32,000 nt of DNA, from contig AE017199.1 in assembly GCA_000008085.1 (NCBI GenBank), forward strand, positions 330,001 to 362,000. The letters run 5' to 3'. Positions 23,601-29,466 of the stretch are shown here, in pieces. Under the pieces are notes generated by a model that made no database searches, was not told the DNA's origin, and worked only from the letters and a program-made list of their open reading frames with translations. Position numbers and translations under genes: made by a program. Source of the stretch: Nanoarchaeum equitans Kin4-M (GTDB taxonomy: Archaea; Nanobdellota; Nanobdellia; Nanobdellales; Nanoarchaeaceae). How positions within the stretch are numbered: the stretch's first letter is position 1; each line of letters starts with the position of its first letter.

Positions 23601-23787
23601 AGTCTTCACAAGTTTTTTCGCTATTATACCAACTAACTAAAAAATCTATTACATTTGAAGGTTTTTCCCCAAATTTTACAGCTTTGTTTATAACGAAAGC
23701 ACTAGTAGCTAGGAATATACCTAATAATACCGCTTCGAATAGGACTTCTAAAGATCTATTCAATCCTCGTAATGGCATATTCCCCAT
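20635..23787 (-). CDS. large (1050 aa) Cys-rich surface protein with a class III (type IV pilin-like) signal-peptide-like N-terminus
   Basis: The N-terminus is M(GNM)PLRG-LNRSLEVLFEAVLLGIFLATSAFVI: short and basic, then Gly, then a ~22-residue hydrophobic helix with Glu at +6. The rest is beta-rich with many Cys, and I recognise no family. The start is ATG 23787 or 23778; both overlap the aIF2-alpha 3' end. Confidence 0.7.
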   Translation of the reverse strand: MGNMPLRGLNRSLEVLFEAVLLGIFLATSAFVINKAVKFGEKPSNVIDFLVSWYNSEKTCEDLNSIRKFLSTVCIKDGYFILKNNPTEDCSTIAKENHISIKIGDRTTLVSEILNSKVLVSEQTGSLHDLYVTYCSPILITPRYSNILYFEVDALGEIDKLLDNIKKVTVEVSRIIWNCDFKDIDSDNKKEIVCDLNSIPETALKPGNYEFVFNFNTVLVRKTYIIDGEYDENGNGYIYIGKAKIDAQLVKKTPNGYIKADVCEADALQKGKLILENPLYKGESVEGIPTKCFVKINPLFKEKAVGKYIGNYFIETEKGDLTYLERETYYYGKGLEVKCFAKDGLHIRKINSNILSKIGKRLCSIYKQIEGFTICTPEGKPGKRIEAYDICGEFETDFKILINKEENIKLKIEPTKKEYNNMEIFVNGEKCDKEVNYYICETNKDNIKIEARYDNYYIGWAQLNIKGKGSAYIELNSGEAKNIELAPPSIDVEKLANKVIIKITADKEIKTVCKKINYINIYFSSCEGKICLVIEYPCGAKLDIKDNTVIITIDYEKIKEIKRDGKTFMFIKKPQYGLKIYRDKYYLCDGVLKENHIEANCSFDDRIEEIDLWYKVQLKAYYYINNKTLEVLPYIAIYNKGKPLELLPSKFDKEEFYKAFEKELKREAVNLLKNPYKLITLNFFILDDGKSIWLNNTVIAIAYACKWRENKFVCPMDWNENNKLDRDEKRIIPLHIISEIDNIKPIDYDFVFSVYSRGLTDSPEYVLDTIKISFIPALKEIDTPKGYRLKYGLKKIWVDEKPNVHIINNYDIVYFPRRTALVISRNKVYGVIESWPHAIVNNYFPVWGGDKLELRKFPEKTFFKEYEDKGWFSSTTYTYYTGDWIGLFFKTNKDSYLVKDVYGYLFLVDKNNNVLAIVFTPSNNMDGNDIDRKILVNGDPLFGNKHIILFHIDTIIVPLVYDKYSFPIEVNSTFLDYLNYALRKLAYEYVYKRAKDIIGYPQLVTMFYPYITLKPHSYTFNNEDTKKILDNLKEELKVFNVIYKLSDKQK

Positions 23788-24517
23788 TGCCTATATATTT
23801 TTCTATTATGTCGTTTATAGTTTTTAATTTTCTTTCCAATTCCTTTGGGTCTTCGCCTTCTATTCTAATATAATATTTACCAGACCCTTGGTATTTGGCT
23901 TCGAATCCTAAATTCTCTATTTCTTCAAAAATTTTTCTAATCCTATTAATGCCATCGGTTTCTATTGTATATAATTCGATTAAAGCTTTTATTTCATATT
24001 TTTTTGGTTTTATTCTTTCTTTTATTATTTCCAATAACGGTTCGGCATATTTTTTAGGAATTCTATATTTTTTTAACAATTCCGGGTTTTTAGCTATTTC
24101 TAAAAAAGCTTTGTATAAAGAAACCTCTTTTTTTAATATGGGCTCTGCGACTTTCTTTCTTATTGCTTCGTAATCTTCATTTAATTTATTGGCTAATAAC
24201 TCTAAAATTTTGTTAGCTGCTTGTTCCATTCTAAATTCGGATAGCTTTCTCTTTACTTCTTGGGGGTGGGCCTTTCTTAAGCTAAAATAAATAGTTTTTG
24301 ATAAAGGATCAACTCTAATTACTTTGCCTACAACTATTTGACCAACCCTAACATGATCTTTTATGTCTTTTATTCTCCCCCTAGCAACTTCGTTAAATGG
24401 CAAAATAGCATCTGCTTCATATTCTAATGGCTCTGCTATAGCTGCGGCTGGGTCTATTTTGATTATTTTTGCAACTATATATTCTCCAACATTAGGTAAT
24501 GTTTTCTTCTTTATCAC
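23756..24517 (-). CDS. eif2a: translation initiation factor aIF2 alpha subunit
   Basis: 253 aa. N-terminal S1 domain LPNVGEYIVAKIIKI...VRVGQIVVGKVIRVD, followed by helical and alpha-beta domains. Confidence 0.9.
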   Translation of the reverse strand: MIKKKTLPNVGEYIVAKIIKIDPAAAIAEPLEYEADAILPFNEVARGRIKDIKDHVRVGQIVVGKVIRVDPLSKTIYFSLRKAHPQEVKRKLSEFRMEQAANKILELLANKLNEDYEAIRKKVAEPILKKEVSLYKAFLEIAKNPELLKKYRIPKKYAEPLLEIIKERIKPKKYEIKALIELYTIETDGINRIRKIFEEIENLGFEAKYQGSGKYYIRIEGEDPKELERKLKTINDIIEKYIGNGEYAITRIE

Positions 24518-25404
24518 TTTTCATATTCAAATATGCCTTTATAAGTATTTATTCTAACATACTTGGGAACAAAATCCAATGCTACACATGGAATATTGTT
24601 TTCTCTTAAATTTATCGCTAAATGCGATAGAAATGTTGGCTCTTTTACTATTATACCTTTTATTTTGTCTAAATATTTGGAGAGCCAATAGTATAGCCTA
24701 TTCACATATATAATACCCTCTATTTTATCTTTTTCGCTTTTTATGTATTTTACAGGGCCTTCCATTATGCCAGGGCTAATAACTATAATGTTAGGGTTTT
24801 CTGGGATAGTTTTAGTTATGGGCCTAACTTGTAAAACGTATAATCTCTTATTATATGCGAACTCTATATCAATGTCAAAACCCATATATTTTCTAATTTC
24901 ATTAATTTTGTTCTTTATTCTATCTAATAAGCTGTCAACCTTTTTATTAAATAAATCTAAATTTTTATAGATTCTTTTCCCATCAATGTATATAACATCG
25001 CTTTCTTCTGTGGCAAACCTCTTGCTTAATTCTATTATTGTTTTATTATATACAAATCCTACTCCATGGTATTGGGCTTTTATATATTTGGTAACTAAAA
25101 CAGGTATTCCCTTTTCTTGTATTTTCTTAATATAAAACAACGCTTTCCTTTTTGGCACTCTTATATAGGATTCATATTTACCAGCATTGGCTTTTTCTTT
25201 TGTATCTTCATCAAAAGAAGAAGACCTAATTGAGTAAAATCTATAATTATATTGGTTTAGGGCTTTTTCTATGGTATAATCATTATCCTCTAAAGTTACC
25301 ACAAACCCATTTGGAGTTAAAAATTTTTGTTTAACTAACGATAAATAATAAGCTTTGTTTCCTACTAATTCTTTATATTTGTATGCCTCTTTTAGAGGTA
25401 TCAC
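24514..25404 (-). CDS. miniature PEP-utilising-type enzyme: ATP-grasp (PPDK_N-like) + phosphohistidine swivel domain, no PEP/pyruvate-binding domain
   Basis: 296 aa, GTG start. LVGNKAYYLSLVKQKFLTPNGFVVT, SIRSSSFDEDT..NAGKYES, and DIDIEFAY..LYVLQVRPIT (PPDK/PpsA N-terminal motifs). It is followed by GIIVKEPTFLSHLAINLRENNIPCV (mobile His domain). Confidence 0.7.
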   Translation of the reverse strand: MIPLKEAYKYKELVGNKAYYLSLVKQKFLTPNGFVVTLEDNDYTIEKALNQYNYRFYSIRSSSFDEDTKEKANAGKYESYIRVPKRKALFYIKKIQEKGIPVLVTKYIKAQYHGVGFVYNKTIIELSKRFATEESDVIYIDGKRIYKNLDLFNKKVDSLLDRIKNKINEIRKYMGFDIDIEFAYNKRLYVLQVRPITKTIPENPNIIVISPGIMEGPVKYIKSEKDKIEGIIYVNRLYYWLSKYLDKIKGIIVKEPTFLSHLAINLRENNIPCVALDFVPKYVRINTYKGIFEYEK

Positions 25405-25407
25405 AGA

Positions 25408-25431
25408 ATTTTAAAGCGATATAATTAAAAA
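25408..25431. promoter_or_regulatory. interleaved divergent TATA boxes
   Basis: Plus-strand ATTTTAAA at 25408-15 gives the A of ATG at 25436. A minus-strand T-rich box TTTTTAAT/TTTTTTAA at about 25432-25424 lies about 20 nt before GTG 25404. Confidence 0.55.
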
Positions 25432-25435
25432 AGCA

Positions 25436-25912
25436 ATGATAAAAGCCCAGGTTTTTTATGACGCTTTGGGTGCTCCAAAAGAAAATGTTGTTTCTTTTTT
25501 AAAAGATTTGGTTGAAAGAATAAAGCAATACGAAGGAGCAAAAGTTATTGATTATAAAATATTAGAGCCAGAACCCCAAGGAAATAACTTGTATTCTTCT
25601 GTAGCAATATTAATAATGGAATTCGAAGATTTGTTTAGAGTATTTCAATTCGTTTTAGATTACCCTCCAGCGACAATAGAAATACTATATCCGGAAGGCC
25701 CAGATCAATTATTAAGAGATATAGAGAAAGAATTATCCAAATGCGTTGATAAAGAAAAAGTAAACCAACTTAGAAAAGAAATTAAAGCTTTGAAATCTTT
25801 GATACCAACGAAAGCTACTTTAAATTTGATTTTAAACGATTTAGCAACCAAACAACATCAAATGGGGTTGCTAATTAAAGAATTACAAGCGAGGTTGCAA
25901 CTTCAACAATAG
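25436..25912 (+). CDS. hypothetical protein
   Basis: 158-aa ORF with a leaderless-type promoter. No motif recognised; coiled-coil C-terminus. Confidence 0.5.
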   Translation: MIKAQVFYDALGAPKENVVSFLKDLVERIKQYEGAKVIDYKILEPEPQGNNLYSSVAILIMEFEDLFRVFQFVLDYPPATIEILYPEGPDQLLRDIEKELSKCVDKEKVNQLRKEIKALKSLIPTKATLNLILNDLATKQHQMGLLIKELQARLQLQQ

Positions 25913-26505
25913 ATTTTTTCTAAATTTTTCGAAAAATAATACACAAACCAACTAATTATAAACAAAACTGATAAATATATAAACTTAAAAGGTATAAAAA
26001 GGATAGGAATAAACAATAAAACCAAAACAAATGAGAATAACATTGATGGCAAAGAAAATGTATATGCTATAAGTTTTTTTGTATTAGTTTCGTTATGCAA
26101 TGCTTTATATGTTGGATATATTGTCAATAATAGCAAAAGCAATTGGAATATAAGTAATGTAATTGTTGATAACAACAAAACCATATTCATCGGGTTTTTC
26201 ATTATTTGGTTAAACAAATAGAGCGATAGCAATAATAAAGATATGTTTAATATTTTGAAAGCTGAATGGTATTTTATTAAAACAGGCAATACCTTTTTAG
26301 TTCTCTCTATCGATTCTTTTATAGAATAACCAACAATTATGGAACGCGCTAATTCTATAGCCCATATCAATAATACGGTTTCAATTATTATAATTATCGA
26401 CAATACAACTATATCATTTATAGTTAGGTTTAAACCGATATTTATAGATTGGGCAAGCAATTCCATAATATAGCTAACTATCAATAAAGCGATAAATTTC
26501 AACAT
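25903..26505 (-). CDS. hypothetical polytopic membrane protein
   Basis: 200 aa with about 6 hydrophobic helices. CTTATAAA at 26533-26526 lies 20 nt before ATG 26505. Confidence 0.55.
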   Translation of the reverse strand: MLKFIALLIVSYIMELLAQSINIGLNLTINDIVVLSIIIIIETVLLIWAIELARSIIVGYSIKESIERTKKVLPVLIKYHSAFKILNISLLLLSLYLFNQIMKNPMNMVLLLSTITLLIFQLLLLLLTIYPTYKALHNETNTKKLIAYTFSLPSMLFSFVLVLLFIPILFIPFKFIYLSVLFIISWFVYYFSKNLEKIYC

Positions 26506-26510
26506 GAAAA

Positions 26511-26533
26511 TTTTTAAACCAATTATTTATAAG
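26511..26533. promoter_or_regulatory. interleaved divergent TATA boxes (tRNA 3' half / membrane protein)
   Basis: Plus-strand TTTTTAAA at 26511-18 gives G26539. Minus-strand CTTATAAA at 26533-26 gives 26505. Confidence 0.7.
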
Positions 26534-26538
26534 GTTCT

Positions 26539-26598
26539 GGGCAGCCACGGGGCCCGAATTTGGTCCCCGTGACCCCGGTTCGAATCCGGGCGGGGCTA
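26539..26598 (+). tRNA. tRNA 3' half (split tRNA gene); the U72-type acceptor implies an A1:U72 tRNA (Gln or initiator Met candidate)
   Basis: GC-rich leader GGGCAGCCACGGGGCCC (26539-55), then GAAUUUGG, then U-CCCCG-UGAC-CCCGG-UUCGAAU-CCGGG-CGGGGCU-A. That gives an anticodon-stem 3' strand, a variable loop, a complete T arm, an acceptor 3' strand and discriminator A. There is no acceptor 5' strand or D arm upstream. The last 3 nt overlap the stop codon of the convergent gene, and a T-rich run follows. Confidence 0.85.
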
Positions 26599-27378
26599 CT
26601 CCTTTATTTTTCTTAATAACTTCTTATGCAATCTCTTAATCATCTCTTTTTTATCTTGCATAAATATTATATCACTTTGGCCCCATACTTCTAAATGCCA
26701 TGCAAATGGAGAAGGCATTTCCACTTCTTTTATATATATTTTCATTTTTTTAACTTTTCTCATAAATTCTTTAGCATGGAATATATCCATTTTATCCTCT
26801 AGAATTGTTCTATATGTTTCTTTCAATAAAGGAAAATCTGGGTAATGCTCTAAAAGGAAATTCAATAACGATTCTGCATTAATTTGTTGCCTCGATATTG
26901 GTATTTCTTTTCCCATGTATTTTTTTAGTATCATTAACCCTGTATTTGCCACATGTCTAAACACCCTCTTAAACATCTCGCTATTTTTAATGGCTTCTCT
27001 TAATATTTCTTCGAATTTATCTTCTTTTATTGATAATAAACCTAACAACTCTACTTTTTTTAATGCTTTCTCTTTTGGCACTATTATAGAAAAACCATAA
27101 TCCGATACAACTGTTCTTACATTAGTTCGCTTTTCTTTACTAATTAAATAAGCGAAAGCTCTAGACAAAGCATCGTTTGCTTTTCTTCCTAAAACAGTAT
27201 GAAAAATGTATTCTTCTATGTCATTATGGGGATATACCTCTATTAATAGTTCGTCTCTCTTTGGGATAAGCAAATATTTATATTGCTCTAACATATATTG
27301 GGCCAAATTTTTTGCTACTCTATCATTTACTTTGTATTTTTGTTTTATATAGTTAGTTAAATTCTCTATTTCAACCAT
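26596..27378 (-). CDS. Lhr-type large helicase-related protein, C-terminal (DEAD/H-associated) domain only (split gene)
   Basis: 260 aa. HTVLGRKANDALSRAFAYL, SDYGFSIIVP, FRHVANTGLMILKKY, DFPLLKETYRTILEDKMD and MPSPFAWHL resemble the domain that follows the helicase core in Lhr/COG1201 proteins. No helicase core is present. Confidence 0.6.
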   Translation of the reverse strand: MVEIENLTNYIKQKYKVNDRVAKNLAQYMLEQYKYLLIPKRDELLIEVYPHNDIEEYIFHTVLGRKANDALSRAFAYLISKEKRTNVRTVVSDYGFSIIVPKEKALKKVELLGLLSIKEDKFEEILREAIKNSEMFKRVFRHVANTGLMILKKYMGKEIPISRQQINAESLLNFLLEHYPDFPLLKETYRTILEDKMDIFHAKEFMRKVKKMKIYIKEVEMPSPFAWHLEVWGQSDIIFMQDKKEMIKRLHKKLLRKIKE

Positions 27379-28754
27379 TCTTTCTTAGGACGGAATGGTT
27401 TATATTTTATACCATTGCCCTGGAAAAACAAACTAAATGCCTCTACATAATGCAATCTTAAAGAATGTATAAACCCACTTAGAATAGATAAGATAAAATT
27501 AAACAATATTATAAAGGGTATAGCAACAATTTTTATTGGGTTAGGGAATATAGATGTTAGGGCTATTTGCAATATATTTGTGGCTAATGCCAATGCTGTT
27601 AATCTAATATAGCTAAGCAATTTCGATAGTAATTCTAAAAATGGAGAATAAAATTGCAATCTGTTTTTCCATATACTATAAATTATCAATGGGGCGAACG
27701 CGTATACAATTATATTATTTATGGGCATTTTTAATAGTAAGCATATAGTTATATACCCTATCAAAGGAATTGCTATAAGTTCAAAAACTTTTTTTCCTAA
27801 AATAGAAGCGATAGTTAAATGTATTACTCCTATAGCTATAGGTAATCCCAAAAGAATTAGGGGATCTTGTATGTTTAGCCCATTGGATATAGGATAAGTA
27901 AATAAGCTTCCAAAAACAAAACCAACAAAAATAGATATTAAAGAGCTAACCAATAGGATAGTAAATAGCTTTTTGTTATTTGTGTTGTCGAAATACCTTT
28001 TTAATAATAAGGTAAATACTAATGATAATAACCCATATCCCATGTCTGCAAATGTTATTGCATAGAATATAGGGAAAAACAAAGCTATATACAAGGTAGG
28101 GTCTTTTTCTTTATAATTTGGTATAGAGAATAGCTCTATTAAATATTCGAAATCTCTAACTATTGGGGGGTTATTTAATAAAGTGGGGCCTTCTTTGGCT
28201 TCTTTTATCTCTAAAATTACGGGTTTATCTTTTAATAGATCAACTAATTCGTTTAAAGATCTCTTTGGTATATAACCTCTAACCATTAATATTACTCCTT
28301 TTTTGAAAGAGTATTCTATTGCGTTCAAATACTCTAATTTGTTTTCCAAATATTCCTTATAAGCCAAAATCTTTTGCCAGTCAATTTTTATTTTTTCTAT
28401 CTTGTATTTTTTGTTTTCCAATTTAGCCAAAATTTGCTTTTCATATTGGTCAGCTAGTTTTTCTAATTTGGGTAAAATAGAATAAAAATAAGCTCTCGCT
28501 TCCTCTTTAGTATAGCGCTTTTTCTTAGTAAAAACCAAATCCCAAATAGATATCAAATTAAGCTTATTTATTAAATCTAAGGCCCAATAAACCTTGGCCA
28601 GTTCTTTTTCTATTTCTTCCCTATATTCTATATTAAGGGATTTTTTCTTCGATAATATTAGATGGGCTTTCCCCCAATTATATAATATTTTTGTTATAGC
28701 AAACGCTTTTGTTATCGGGAAATAGAGTTTAAACTTATATAGAGGCTCTATCAT
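27366..28754 (-). CDS. atpI: A/V-type ATPase subunit I (a)
   Basis: 462 aa. A coiled-coil N-terminal domain, then about 7 TM helices. LSYIRLTALALA is the conserved essential-Arg helix. It looks shorter than the ~650-700 aa I recall as typical. Confidence 0.85.
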   Translation of the reverse strand: MIEPLYKFKLYFPITKAFAITKILYNWGKAHLILSKKKSLNIEYREEIEKELAKVYWALDLINKLNLISIWDLVFTKKKRYTKEEARAYFYSILPKLEKLADQYEKQILAKLENKKYKIEKIKIDWQKILAYKEYLENKLEYLNAIEYSFKKGVILMVRGYIPKRSLNELVDLLKDKPVILEIKEAKEGPTLLNNPPIVRDFEYLIELFSIPNYKEKDPTLYIALFFPIFYAITFADMGYGLLSLVFTLLLKRYFDNTNNKKLFTILLVSSLISIFVGFVFGSLFTYPISNGLNIQDPLILLGLPIAIGVIHLTIASILGKKVFELIAIPLIGYITICLLLKMPINNIIVYAFAPLIIYSIWKNRLQFYSPFLELLSKLLSYIRLTALALATNILQIALTSIFPNPIKIVAIPFIILFNFILSILSGFIHSLRLHYVEAFSLFFQGNGIKYKPFRPKKEWLK

Positions 28755-28936
28755 TTGATCGCTTCAGCTTTCGCTTGTTCTATAATTCTTTTATATAATT
28801 GTTCTCCTTCTCTATATGCTTGTTCTATAATCGCTTTATAATCCATGTGGGCCTGCTTAATCATAGAATAAAACAATCTATTTATTCTTTCTATTTTCTC
28901 TATTATTGTTGGCACTGTTAGTTTTATGTGGCTCAT
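28751..28936 (-). CDS. small ORF translationally coupled to atpI (possibly shorter, from Met25 at 28864)
   Basis: 61 aa. Helical C-terminus AIIEQAYREGEQLYKRIIEQAKAEAIK. Its stop overlaps the atpI start (ATGA). Its 5' 59 nt overlap the 69-aa ORF in another frame. Confidence 0.3.
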   Translation of the reverse strand: MSHIKLTVPTIIEKIERINRLFYSMIKQAHMDYKAIIEQAYREGEQLYKRIIEQAKAEAIK

Positions 28937-29087
28937 TTAAAAGGCTTTCCTTTAGTGCTTCAGCTATAGATTCTTTTATTATCTCTTTAGCAAAATTCTT
29001 TATATGGGGTCTAAGAAAAACCATAACTGTAACAGAGGCGAGCAATACTCCTAACACATAGCCCAAAGCGCTATCTATCATAGACAT
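28878..29087 (-). CDS. small membrane protein (N-terminal TM helix + amphipathic helix)
   Basis: 69 aa: MSMIDSALGYVLGVLLASVTVMVFL, then AKEIIKESIAEALKESLL. The ATG at 29087 lies 21-22 nt from the palindromic TTTAAA at 29109-14, the leaderless geometry. Confidence 0.5.
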   Translation of the reverse strand: MSMIDSALGYVLGVLLASVTVMVFLRPHIKNFAKEIIKESIAEALKESLLNEPHKTNSANNNRENRKNK

Positions 29088-29106
29088 TGGGCTTTATCCC
29101 ATAATA

Positions 29107-29116
29107 ACTTTAAATA
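29107..29116. promoter_or_regulatory. coincident bidirectional TATA element (rpoF / 69-aa gene)
   Basis: Plus-strand ACTTTAAA (29107-14) gives the A of ATG at 29135. Minus-strand TATTTAAA (29116-09) gives a start 1 nt before ATG 29087. Confidence 0.65.
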
Positions 29117-29134
29117 TTGTTGTTTTGTAGTTTA

Positions 29135-29446
29135 ATGGAAATTATCAAAGAAGAACCAATCACTAATGAAAAAGCCTATCAAATATTGGCTAAACAAAAA
29201 CAATTATCTTATAGAGCAGAAAGAACGAAAAAGTATTTGGAAAAAATCGGTTTTATAAAGAATAGTGACGAAATATTAAAGCAATTGGTTGATTTAGGCA
29301 TAGAGTTGGAAAAAGCGATAATGATTGTAAATACTATGCCAAAAACAAACGATGAAGTAAGGGCTATATTAGAAAAAGATTACACCCCCGAAATAGGCAA
29401 AAAAGTATTAGAAATAATGAAGAAGGCTTTAAGCTCTGAAAAATGA
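29135..29446 (+). CDS. rpoF: DNA-directed RNA polymerase subunit Rpo4 (RpoF)
   Basis: 103 aa from the ATG at 29135. The track ORF starts at TTG 29117, inside the promoter. ITNEKAYQILAK..LSYRAERTKKYLEKI...AIMIVNTMPKTNDEVRAIL fits the Rpb4/RpoF pattern. Confidence 0.7.
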   Translation: MEIIKEEPITNEKAYQILAKQKQLSYRAERTKKYLEKIGFIKNSDEILKQLVDLGIELEKAIMIVNTMPKTNDEVRAILEKDYTPEIGKKVLEIMKKALSSEK

Positions 29447-29466
29447 TGACCCCTGGCAGGGACAGA
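29417..29466 (+). ncRNA. C/D box sRNA (sRNA-3)
   Basis: AUGAAGA-AGGCUUUAAGCU-CUGA-AAA-AUGAUGA-CCCCUGGCAGGGA-CAGA, 50 nt. The first half overlaps the last 10 codons of rpoF. C' contains the rpoF stop codon. The D box ends 1 nt before the stop of the convergent pepA. Box variants are the same as in sRNA-1. Confidence 0.6.

Noticed and set aside
1703-26598. Hypothesis that the two tRNA halves in this window (1703-1758 and 26539-26598) are partners
   Set aside because: The acceptor strands do not pair: GCCCCCG versus CGGGGCU gives a C2:C71 clash and G1 opposite U72. The GC tails (ACCCCACUGCCCCGGC versus GGGCAGCCACGGGGCCC) are not complementary.
28935-28941. Canonical -1 slippery heptamer U UUA AAU in the 69-aa ORF, exactly where the 61-aa ORF starts
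   Set aside because: The -1 frame hits UGA immediately (UUU AAA UGA). The 61-aa ORF is in the +1 frame and is preceded by an in-frame stop. A programmed -1 fusion of the two ORFs is therefore not possible.
29450-29462. Possible complementarity of the sRNA-3 second guide to the conserved 16S 5' end (GAUCCUGCCGGAGG)
   Set aside because: Only about 9 of 13 positions match the generic archaeal consensus. This cannot be judged without this organism's own 16S sequence.
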